From contig CM022670.1 in assembly GCA_012295275.1 (NCBI GenBank), positions 30,566,001 to 30,630,000 on the forward strand: DNA of 64,000 nt, given 5' to 3'. Both the position numbers and the translations under genes were made by a program. The notes beneath the pieces are model-generated. The model saw only the letters and a program-made list of their open reading frames with translations. It was not told the origin of the DNA and did not search any database. Of the stretch, positions 26,731 through 38,143 are shown piece by piece (the stretch's first letter is position 1; each line of letters starts with the position of its first letter). The stretch is from Chrysomallon squamiferum. Taxonomy: Eukaryota > Animalia > Mollusca.

Positions 26731-28507
26731 AGAATTATAGCAACCAATTGGTCAAGGCTAAAAATGGAAATATATATCTTATCAGATATCTTACGCCATG
26801 TGAACTAGAATACTCTTCAGTATGTATGTGTGTATGTTAGAAAAGTATTTAAATATTTGTTAAATGATTTTATATATAATTTATCATCACAATAATATCT
26901 CAAGAAATATTAATGACTGATTAAAAATACCAATAATCTCTAACGAAGAAAAAATGAATTAACAAGCACAAATCACATCTGCAAAACCATAAACGCAACT
27001 CATTTCGATTAAATGGTGATAACGATGTCGACAGCGATGAACAAAAATGAAATAAATGAATGAATGAATGAATGAATAAATAAATAAATATATAAATAAA
27101 AAGTAATTAAATAAATATTAATAATAACAGTAATAACAACAACATCAGAAGCAGCAACAGTAACAATACAAACTCGATAACAACGAAACCTATTAAAAGT
27201 ACACTCCTGATTCACTATTATGTACATCATAACTGAACTGACAAACCAGTCTCTCTGAGCTCGATGACCACAATCCCAACGACAGATTCTAAAACTAAGG
27301 GTACTTATTGATTAACCCACAGTCCGAATTAGCTTCCGATTATCTCGTGATTAGATGTTGCGTGGTAAATCGCTTAGTGCATTATAATCAGTTAGCAGTT
27401 TGGAAAGGTTAACTATTTCACCCTGAACCGCGACGACCAGAAACACATTGCCCCTATATCTGGGTTAATTCACAAATGTTTCTAAAATAAGTCTTGATCT
27501 TTGACCGTTTGGTGCGATGGTCCACTTGAAATTTACTCTTTATATTTAAGAATTTACCGAAAGTCATAACTCTTATCTATTTTCATACTGCGTTCTTTCA
27601 CTGATTCCACGAAAAGCCACTCTCTATTTTAAAATTTTAATAACCTTATTCGTGTCCATCTGATTTTGATAAAAGAAAAGTCAAAATAAAAGGGAAGAAT
27701 GTGTTCTTTCTTCACATAAAATTATTTTTTAATATAAAACTATTTTTTAATATTATATATCTTGTTAAACATTTTCATAATTTGAATGACACTTTACTAG
27801 ACAATAATAGAAAAATAATAATGATATTAATATGAGAATAAAGATTTAAAGAATATATGTATGATATGATATAATGATAGGTATTTGTTTAGCAGGATGT
27901 TGGCATGACAATCAATTAATAATAAACTACTGTGGTATCTATGCTTACAATTACTGATGGTCAATGTTGACCTCAGATACCTAACTGAGATAATAACCTG
28001 CAGTTAATTTTGATTCGTCTGATCTGACATTGCCAGGTATCCTCCAACTAATGGTTATAATACTTTAATACACACACATACACACACACATAGAGTTAAA
28101 TATATACTTGTTAGAAAGGAACAACAACTACCTTTCAGTTCCCTAAACAGAGCCGTAAAAACATATAGTTACCAAAGTCACCTGGATCTGTATAACCGTC
28201 CAGCTGAAAGTTAGCCACACATGTGTCCTGTGCAGTGTAAAACTAATCTCTTCTTTTACGATCTAGGAAAGACCAAATAGGGAGTCTTTTAACATTCCTT
28301 TCCCAGAGTGGTTGGAACTTATGCAGACATGCAGACGCTAGTGGGTCCCCCAAAACAACACTTCACCATAGTATATATAATTTTTAAGGAAATCAGTTGG
28401 TTTCTAACATCTATTACATATTAAAGAGGAGATCGTTGTCTCTGACACACCCACATATGTACACACAGGACATATGTACAAACATGCGTACACATATATT
28501 TTACAAA

Positions 28508-28606
28508 CATACACACATACATACATACATACATATATGCATACATACACACACGTACACATACATTGTACATACATACATACTTACATATATATACATA
28601 CATACA

Positions 28607-28678
<72 letters not shown>

Positions 28679-28694
28679 TACATACACATACATA
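28508..28694. repeat. Compound (CATA)n/(TA)n microsatellite just upstream of exon 5
   Basis: Direct reading of the sequence. Confidence 0.9.
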
Positions 28695-28735
28695 ATATTA
28701 ATGCAAAGTTTTATTTGAAGAGTTATCTCAAACAG

Positions 28736-28874
28736 TTTGCAGGTGCCTGGAAGATCCACTTCCAAACACGACACTGGAGACTCCGCCTTGACGCCTTTAA
28801 ACGGTCGTAACAAGGAAGCATCCAGACACAGGTCAAAGAAAGGTTCAGGAGAAGACCAGGAAAACAGAAAACAG
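28736..28874 (+). CDS. GPCR gene 1 exon 5 (ICL3); 5' boundary uncertain (28736 or 28721)
   Basis: Hydrophilic, basic (S)[46 protein letters not shown] ends at CAG|GTAGTT and joins VVLML to give the typical pre-TM6 RKQVVxML. Phase-compatible acceptors are ACAG|28736 and GAAG|28721. Confidence 0.8.
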
Positions 28875-28904
28875 GTAGTTTATATACATTTATTTATTTA
28901 TTTA

Positions 28905-28948
<44 letters not shown>

Positions 28949-29404
28949 TTTTTTTTTTTTTTTTTGTTGTTGTTCTCTTAATAATTATGCTACAGAACAA
29001 ATCTGCGTCGGTTAATTTATTTTGTTTTTCTAAAGAAAAAAAAGAAGATAAAAAGGAAGAAAGAAAGAAAAAATATATTTGTTTTTATTTGTGATGGTAT
29101 CTAGGTATCTGGAGTTTAGTTAAAATGCTGATGATTAATGTTATCATAGGCATATACTTAAGACGTTCTACGTGCATACAAGTTATGAGAAACACTCGCA
29201 GCCTTGAATGTAGTGATATGTCGCATTAGTTCAAATTACCTTATCTGGTCGTTGTAGATTGTTTTGTTTTACTTCATTTAATGAAGGAGTTCTTTCTAAA
29301 TCTCTACAGAAACTTTTATCCAGATTCTTTTAATGGTGAATATGTTTTATTTGTTTTTAATATTCTACAAGTAGTAATTTTTGTTTTTGTTATTGTTTAT
29401 CCAG

Positions 29405-29827
29405 GTTGTCTTGATGCTGATGATCGTCGTTATCGTGTTTTTCGTCTGCTGGACGCCCATCATCATCAACAACGTATTGACAGCATTCGGCTTCATGGAC
29501 AGCCTACACTATGGCTGGCTCAAACACATGCGTCTGGCCTTTTTTCTTCTATCCTACACAAACAGTTGTGTCAACCCCATCGTGTACGCATTCATGTCGA
29601 AAAACTTCAGACAAACCTTCAAGTTTGCGATCTGTGCTTGCATCAAAGGGAAGGCGTTTGTTCGAATGTATCGTTTCAGCCGGTCGTTTACTAGCACTCG
29701 TTCGTCGGTTCTGCACTCGAATGGAAGTGTGGTGTATCCGAATGAACGCGAGACGGCAAACACCGAACTAAACAGACCCATCACGTACGCTGCGGAAGAG
29801 GATGTAGAACTCCAGAAAATGACATGA
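29405..29827 (+). CDS. GPCR gene 1 exon 6 (TM6, ECL3, TM7, C-tail, stop)
   Basis: Acceptor TTTATCCAG, then VVLMLMIVVIVFFVCWTPIIINNVL...SYTNSCVNPIVYAFMSKNFRQTFKFAICAC...ELQKMT*. Confidence 0.95.
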   Translation, partial: VVLMLMIVVIVFFVCWTPIIINNVLTAFGFMDSLHYGWLKHMRLAFFLLSYTNSCVNPIVYAFMSKNFRQTFKFAICACIKGKAFVRMYRFSRSFTSTRSSVLHSNGSVVYPNERETANTELNRPITYAAEEDVELQKMT

Positions 29828-29954
29828 ATGTAATCTGGATGACGTGTAGAAACTGCTGTAAAGAAGCTGTTTTCTATCTAATTACAATAAAAAGGAATCG
29901 GTGAAGCATATGATTTAAAAATGCCACACATCTATCATCTTTTTCTGTCTAAAC

Positions 29955-30066
<112 letters not shown>

Positions 30067-30615
30067 CATTCTGTCATAGAATTGTTTTGACATTATTAAC
30101 GAAATCTTGATTGTTACTTGATATATAATTTTAAACGAGTTTAATTATATATTGCCAATTTAATTATTATATTTGTCACAAGTAAAGTGGAGATTTCGTT
30201 TGCAAACAGTAAAAATGTGAAAACAGTTCTATGTTCTACATATTATATTATTATAAAGGATATTAAAAAACTTCTGGTTTGATTCATTTCCTTTTTAATG
30301 AATCTTACAAATTAAGCAAGGCGGTAAAGATTATTAAAAAAAAAAAAAGAGAGCTGAGAAATATGCATTATTTAATAAATACACTTACATTGTGGATACG
30401 AAAGTTTACTTTTATATGCTGTTAAGAAGAATTTTAAATAATTATACAGTAAGATAATTTTAAATTGTCATATTACTGTCTTTTTTGGATCGTCACAAAT
30501 GTCAATAACTATCACACGAAGAATCGTAAACTCCAAAAACTTGAGAAAATAATAATAAATAAAACAGATCTCAGGTGGGAGACAAACCAATTTCAAATTA
30601 TTATTCAGTGATCTT

Positions 30616-30668
<53 letters not shown>

Positions 30669-30686
30669 ATACATATACATATATAC

Positions 30687-30777
<91 letters not shown>

Positions 30778-30815
30778 CATGTATATATATACACACACAC
30801 ACATATATATATATA
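30616..30815. repeat. Compound (TG)n/(TA)n/(CA)n microsatellite
   Basis: Direct reading of the sequence. Confidence 0.95.
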
Positions 30816-32392
30816 AACATATTTTTATATGATGACATAAATGAAAAATAAAAATAAAAAGGACGAAATGATGGAAGACAATTTTATTAAATAATGCCAT
30901 AACTTGAAAAATAAAGTTAAGTCTATCGAGAAATGGCTCTTTTTTTTTTTCATTTCATATTTTTTCATTTCATTTTTCTTTTCTTTTCCTTCTTTCTTTC
31001 CTTCTTTCTTTCTTTCTTTCTTCTTCTTCAACTTCTTCTTCTTATTATTTTTATTTATTTATTTAAATACAGTTAATATTCTTTTGTTCTCTATACCTAA
31101 CATGCACGAATTAAATAAAAAGATACAAATAATCACACGTCTAAAAACAACGTATTTGTATGAATATGTTATGTTTTGTTATCAATACAATTCATATGAG
31201 AAAATTAAGAATATATTCGTAATGCTATTATCATTGCATTATCGCGATGTCATACAAAGTTAGAAGAAGGAAAGATAAAAAAATGTATCATGGGCTGAAA
31301 ATCTGCTAGATGTAGAATACATTCTGTACATATTTCTTATAATACATGGACCAGGGAACACCAGTTTTTTATTTTATTTTATAAAATGGAACCTAGATAT
31401 CGTTATTAGACTATTATTAGACTATTATATTCAATAAGACCTTTTAAAGGAAATAAAATTGATTTTGGCACTTGTTTCAATATATTTTATATAATGAAAT
31501 AAATAAATATATATATGCATACTACGTATATACATACACAATCAAACTGTCATGCAAGTATCCATACATACATGACATGGACGCGGACACGGACACACAC
31601 ACACACACACATATATTCATACACATTTATGTACAAATACACATTAAAAACCTACATGCATACTTGCAAGTATACACGTGTATGTGCGTGTATGTGTGTG
31701 TGTTTGTGACCATGCATGTATACATACACGCAAAGCTGTTTGATTGTGAACGTATGTATGTATACACACATGTGGCTTGTTTATTATTTATGAGACATCG
31801 CCATTACGATGCAGACACGTTAATGGCAAAATAGGCTGAAACTCTTAACCTTTTAGCGTGAAAGAATCAGTCAAGAAATATTTAGAAATGTCCTTGCGTT
31901 TTCTGAAATTAAAGTATCAGTGAGCCATTAGAGACATCATTGCATTTTATTCAAGTTTTTGTCCGGCGTAATCCTATAGCCTGGATTGTCTGTCTACAGC
32001 TGTATAAGTAAGTGTACAGAAAACTGCAAAACATGCAGCCGATGAAAAAGACGTCTACTTCTCGAAGCACTGTGATCCCTTAAATGACTCGTTCACTGAA
32101 GAAACTATAAAAGAAAGTAATGAAAATAAAAATAAAATAAAATGCGACTTATCATTTTCCTTCCTTTTTATTTTATTTTATTATTTTTTATTCCAGCTGG
32201 TTTTACAATGACTCTCTATTCATGCCATCAAGCGGCGACATAAGACAAATATATTAACAACTAAAGGTCACGGGGGTATCTGGTAAAAAGTTCTTTAGTT
32301 GTTTAAGTATTTTGTATCCTTTAACACGATTAAATTCCGAGAAGCACACACAATGAATTAAACAATGCCAATTTTTATTTTTATTTTATTTT

Positions 32393-32433
<41 letters not shown>

Positions 32434-32694
32434 CGAATGAAAAAGATGAATAATAATAAAAAAACTTATCCCTAATCACCTAAAAGATGAATATGAAGAT
32501 AACAATAAAAATCATCAGTAATAACAACATAATATTTGATCCGTCTGCAATGCTTTTGGTGCGTACTTTCCTCGAGAAATCCAAGAGATATAACTCGACA
32601 GCTATTAAGCGAAACACTACTAATCCCCCTTTACAATAGCATGCAAATTTCTCATATTCAGAGTTAGATAAATTAATATATTCAGAACTGTATA

Positions 32695-32885
32695 GAAGGA
32701 TGGAAATGTTATATTTAACGACGCACGACCTATTTACAGTTATTTGGCGTGGGAAATAGAGTCAAAGATGACAGGAGGGGAAACCTTTTGCAGCCACTCC
32801 ACTGGCTATTCATTCCTATTAACAGGAAGGATATCTTATATGCACCATCCAACAGACAGGAGAGTCCAAACTATGACCTTTGTTT
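32695..32885 (-). mobile_element. Decayed MetaSINE-like element (antisense, 5'-truncated)
   Basis: GGAAATGTTATATTTAACGACGCAC (3' tail) ... ATTAACAGGAAGGATATCTTATATGCACCATCCAACAGACAGGAGAGTCCAAACTATGACCTTTG resembles the reverse complement of the Meta-domain SINE core recalled from gastropods. A related copy lies at about 15030-15230. Confidence 0.6.
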
Positions 32886-33382
32886 CTTCACAGGCAGACA
32901 CACATACATACATCTTCCTCCCCGAAAAAATTAGAAATAAATTAATTAACCTACAATATATGCAAATCAAATGTTATCTCGATAGCACATTACATCTAAT
33001 TTATATATTAAACTTGAAAGATAACTGTAACTATTTTTGACGAAGTCAATTTTCGTTCATCTTCGATATTTTACGGTTCAAATAAAACGTCAACAATTGC
33101 ATCATGCATTTATCAATAGACCTACACAGCTGCAGTTTGCGATTAACGAAATATTTATGAGGTAAATGTTTTATTTCGTATTTTGATATTATTTTTAATT
33201 GTTGTTTGGAAAGGATAATGAAATAAGGTTTATTTTTATGGTTATTATCATGATAATGATTGCGATTATGGTTACGTTCATAAAAATAACAAAATATTTT
33301 ATGGTAAAAGCAAACTAAATACTGGTAATCTTTTCGGTATATAATACATAACAATTGTAAATAGAATAGAATAGAAAGACAG

Positions 33383-33415
<33 letters not shown>

Positions 33416-36400
33416 TATACATACAATCATACTTACCTACCTACATGAAAATGAAAGTAAGTTATACTTCATTCAGGTAAAGTTATTACAACTGATAAAT
33501 GCGGTTTTCTATTTTTCTAAATGACTTAGAGGAATTTCTGATAGAGTTACGACAATCTTTAGCAAAGAATTTAATGTTTATTATTAGTAATATTCTACAA
33601 TATGCCGATGATACCATATTTTTTTTTAAATCTTAAAGTTTTTGCGGCATATTGTCCACTGCAGAGGGTTAAAATTATAATACAAATAAAACTAAAATAA
33701 TGTTTTTTACTAAAGGGAGAAATCTCCATGTTTATATATTTAAGTTCGATGGAGAGTTTATTGATGTAGTTGTTAACAATACATATCTGGATACACACTT
33801 TACAATGTAAAACAGGGATATAAAAAATGCAAATATGTTTAGAACATCTAACTTCTGACTGAGACTGGAAGATGGTTTAATATTTCGAGAATCAAAATTG
33901 TGACCTTGCCTAAACAGAAAATAAATATCGTTATATATTTAAATGTAAGGAAAGGTGTATTTATGATAAACATAAGAGACTTCCTAATATATTTTCATGT
34001 AATAATATGTTTAATAGCAAAAGTAAGATTTTATTAAAGAAGTTATGTATTTCAATAAGAACTGTATGTGAGAGTGTATTTTGTCCTCCACGTTAGACGT
34101 CCATACATAAGCGTTTCAGTTTTAATTTGTTGTAATATTCTTCACATTTTTCTCTGTATCGTAATGCTTCTGTTTATGTGGACAAAATTCACTGCAATCA
34201 TCACTGGTTGTTACAGAATGTCTTTGAAAGATATATTCCCTGATCATGTAGATCGAAATTTAGTTCGTGGATATCTAGTATACCACGATAGATTAGCGTG
34301 ACTTGTCAAACTTGTTTTCAGCTGATAGTATATCAAGTCCTTGTTTGCTGTGCAGACAATGACGCAAACCATTACCAGGCTGTCTGTGTCAAATGTTATC
34401 ACATCTTACATACGTCAGAGACGTATCGCGTGTTAACTACTCGATAATCACCTTTATTATTTTAAATTTTTTAATTTTAAAAATATGTTTATATATCGAT
34501 CTATTTATCTCAATCTGTGTGAATGTTTAATTATGTGTGTTTTATTTGTACATATATCTATGTTTGTGTGTACATGCGTGGGTACAAAGCTATAAATGTA
34601 TTTTTGCTAGTAAACAAAACTGTACTAAAATCATGACGCCTATACGTATAACAAAAACATGTAAAATATTTTTGAAAACAATTTTGAAAGCTACAAAAAA
34701 ATAACATTCTCTTTTTGTGAGAAAAAAATAAATTTAATGAAACTGATGAAATGCAGTATGTCCTGTATTCTTCTGGAAACAAATTAACTGCCTGTTTCTT
34801 TATTCGCTTATTTTTAGTTAAATGATTTTTCTTTGCTGTTAAATTCCATTAAATCTGTTTCACGTTTAAATTAGTCAAAGTTGGTGTCTTAGCTTTTTCT
34901 TCATCTCAGTAGAATTGCTTCCTTGATTATGTGCAAAAAAAAAAAAATATTTAATAGGAATAAAAAAAGTAAGAGGTAATCTTTCCTCTTCAAAGATTTT
35001 TGTGACATATGCAAATAATTTCTTAGTACGTTTATCTCCTTGATGTTTCTATAAATGCCAAACAAAAATATAGAAGAAAAATATACAACCGGAACAAAAA
35101 CACGAAAATGAGAAAAAAAGAAAGAAAAATAAACATAGAAAAAAGAAAAGAAAAAGAAAAAACAAGCGATAATGAAACCTATCGCAGAAGGTGAAAACAA
35201 TTAACATTATTATTATTATTATTATTTTAAAACATATTTTATTTTCGGTATCAAATATTTTTATTCTGTGAATTGCTTTATGATTAGCTAAATACAACCT
35301 AATATTTTATGGAAAAAAAAAATGTGGTCAATGTAGATAATGGCAACAGTCCGAACATATATATATATATATAAAATTGTGTTTTCTTTGAAAGTAATGT
35401 GCATGACTAGTTAAAAACAGCAAAGAAGAATAAAGTTGGGTTGCATATGACTTCGAAAGCGAATATAACTTTATATAGGTTGTTTGTACCAACAAATGAT
35501 AACATCCACAGTGTGTTCTTAAAATGTGTTACTTACTTAACTCTTTCTCTCTCCCCTTCCTTCTTCTGTCTCCTTTCCTAAACTCTCTTTCTCTCTATGT
35601 CCCTCTTAAAATAATAAAGAAAGAACCAGGAGTTAACCCTTTTGAGTTGTTATAAATAGTTTTTATAAATTTATTGGCAGAAGATGACTATAATGGAAAA
35701 TACTTTCCATACGTTTGATAATACTGTTAAACACAATGATGGACAATACGTTCAGCTGCTCTGAGAACTGTCCGGTCAGATATATTTCAAAAATACGTCA
35801 CGTGAGATTTGTCAGATATATAGGACATGTCACATTAGACCTATAAACAAAGGTTACATGAGAGCTGTAAAATACGTAATTTAAACTGTATGATATATTA
35901 ATTAAGTAACAAATAATCACATGTCTAAAAACAACGTACAGAATATATTCCTACATATATATGTTTTGATGTACGTGGGGTTTCGTAAAACGATCACCTA
36001 TGTAACTCAGACAATATTGTGACTCCAGAATGTTATTCGATGCTTGACATTACCCTCACCCACAGCACTTAACATTTAACTCACTGCTTGCGCTTATTTA
36101 TAACATGTTATTTCTATAAGTATGTTTAGTTAGAAAACTGGCCAGTAACACGCAATATTCGCCTTTTCCGCTATCCGCTGCTTACAAAAATGAGTTAACA
36201 GTTCATCGAAGCTTTTTGCAATATTTTACCGGATACTTAAACAGATGAGATTTCTATGTCAGCGGCTATCAATGTATCAATGGTTGTTCAGTTACCTCAA
36301 ATTTTATTCGATACGTAACAGTTACCAAAATCGAAATGTGTCAGTTGAAATGATATGTGAAGTTATTGTTAGCGGTAACTGGTACTCTAAATTGTATGTC

Positions 36401-36639
36401 GATCAATATAGAGAAGACCTGTGAAGTAAGGAACTCAAGTTTGATCGATAATAATTGAACTAGGATTTTAGCTACTACATAGTGCTGTTAGAATTTGTGA
36501 AATATTTATTATTTGGATTTGGATTTTTCTTTCTATAAAATATTATTACTATCTTCTGTTTTATATATAAACAGAAGAATATATCACACACATATAAATG
36601 CATACACATACAAACACACACTAAGGAATTCTCTTTTTA

Positions 36640-36642
<3 letters not shown>

Positions 36643-36714
<72 letters not shown>
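36643..36714. repeat. (CT)n microsatellite
   Basis: Pure CT tract. Confidence 0.95.
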
Positions 36715-36717
<3 letters not shown>

Positions 36718-37779
36718 GCCCTAATATATCAACATTTAAACCTATTATTTATTTCGCGTTAAGCGAATGCTTTTTCACACTAAGGATTTATTATTACAAA
36801 GGAAATCATAAATCGTCCAGTAAGAGATAACAGAAAATTATATTGAAATATCGTTAAATAATAACTGGCATAGTTTAATGTTGAATATCGACACAGCATA
36901 CAATAATTTAGTAAATATAGACGAGAAACAACAAATAACACGGAATCATTCCCGACTACCATAGGTTGCATCAGAAACAAAATACATGCGTGAAAGCAAA
37001 TAGAAATTATAATAGGAAATAAATGTCGTAGGAAGAAAAGAAACGTCTGAATTTGTTATTTTCTCTTTGTTGCACAAGGAATGTCGATAATATATAAACA
37101 TATTTTGATTATTGATCACATGGTAACCACGCTTGATTTCGTTTTGTAAACAGAAACGAAGCTACTGTAGCAAAAGGAAAAGAAATAATGTCTATCCAAG
37201 TACGGTGTAAACGTCTGTCATTTATCTCTCGCTTATTATTCCACACACATAATAATAGTGTTAACAATTAATAACTGACTTTTTGTTCACTGTATTAGGG
37301 ATACCTTATCTGGATAGGTTTTTTTGGATTACACTCACTGCATCATGAATAATTATATTTATTCAACCAATTCACCGCAAATTTCAGAACAGCCAAAATT
37401 TTCCGCTATTTTGAGTTTATAAGACCACAGTAATAACAATACGTCATTTGATTGTCTATTAGTAATCAGTGTTACGTCGAAGAAATAGAAAGATGAACTG
37501 AAATGGCCAATGAGTAAGCTAATAATAAAACTCGTTACATTTTTATTATAAACAATAATTAATTTGAATTGAGTACAAAAAAAGTACAAGCAATCTATCT
37601 ACTAACAAATACATGTTCAACGTAAAAATAATTATAACAGGATTTAAAACTAGAATCCGGAAAAATAAACTAATGAAAGCCACTCGCGTTTAAATACACG
37701 TATGTTACGTGGGTTTAAAAAAATAAAATAAATAAAGGTAAATAAAAAAATAGCAGTTTTATATTTTTTTCATTATATA

Positions 37780-38014
37780 CAGGGTGTCCACAAAGTCTGG
37801 GTACATAAGTAAAATAAATAGGTTGTCTATTAGGGTGTCTAAGGTTGAATTCTTCTGCAACTTTGCGATAAGACCATCCTTCTCGTCCACTTAAGAGTAT
37901 CAACTCGATTCTTTCTTCTTTAGACAGAGCCATCATTCGATCTGGGTAAGAAAAATAACATAAATAAATAACATAGTAAAATTCCCCATGTACCCAGACT
38001 TTGTGGACACCCTG
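37780..38014 (-). mobile_element. Non-autonomous, internally deleted Tc1/mariner-type DNA transposon (235 bp) with a transposase 5' fragment
   Basis: Perfect 27-bp TIRs CAGGGTGTCCACAAAGTCTGGGTACAT (37780-37806 and 37988-38014), with TA on both flanks. The minus strand encodes MALSKEERIELILLSGREGWSYRKVAEEFNLRHPNRQPI, resembling the N-terminal HTH of mariner-like transposases. Confidence 0.9.
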
Positions 38015-38087
38015 TATATATATTACTGGGATGACGTAATACTTTGACTCACATTTGGATAATTATTTTATTTTATTTTATTTTATT

Positions 38088-38143
<56 letters not shown>

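Larger units (their letters stand above)
14169..29827 (+). other. Gene span (ATG to stop): 6-exon class A peptide/neuropeptide GPCR, 434 aa (gene 1)
   Basis: Six exons spliced by hand, with GT-AG introns of phases 0,2,0,2,0, give one open frame of 1305 nt. Motifs: GN (TM1), SLASAD (TM2), WxFGxxxC (ECL1/TM3), ERF (DRY equivalent), ECL2 Cys, CWTP (TM6), NSCVNPIVY (TM7), helix 8 SKNFR. Confidence 0.93.

Noticed and set aside
29281-29784. Alternative-frame and antisense ORFs over exon 6
   Set aside because: Shadows of the real GPCR exon.
29886-29891. AATAAA after the gene 1 stop codon
   Set aside because: The hexamer is ubiquitous in this AT-rich DNA, so it cannot be assigned as the poly(A) signal.
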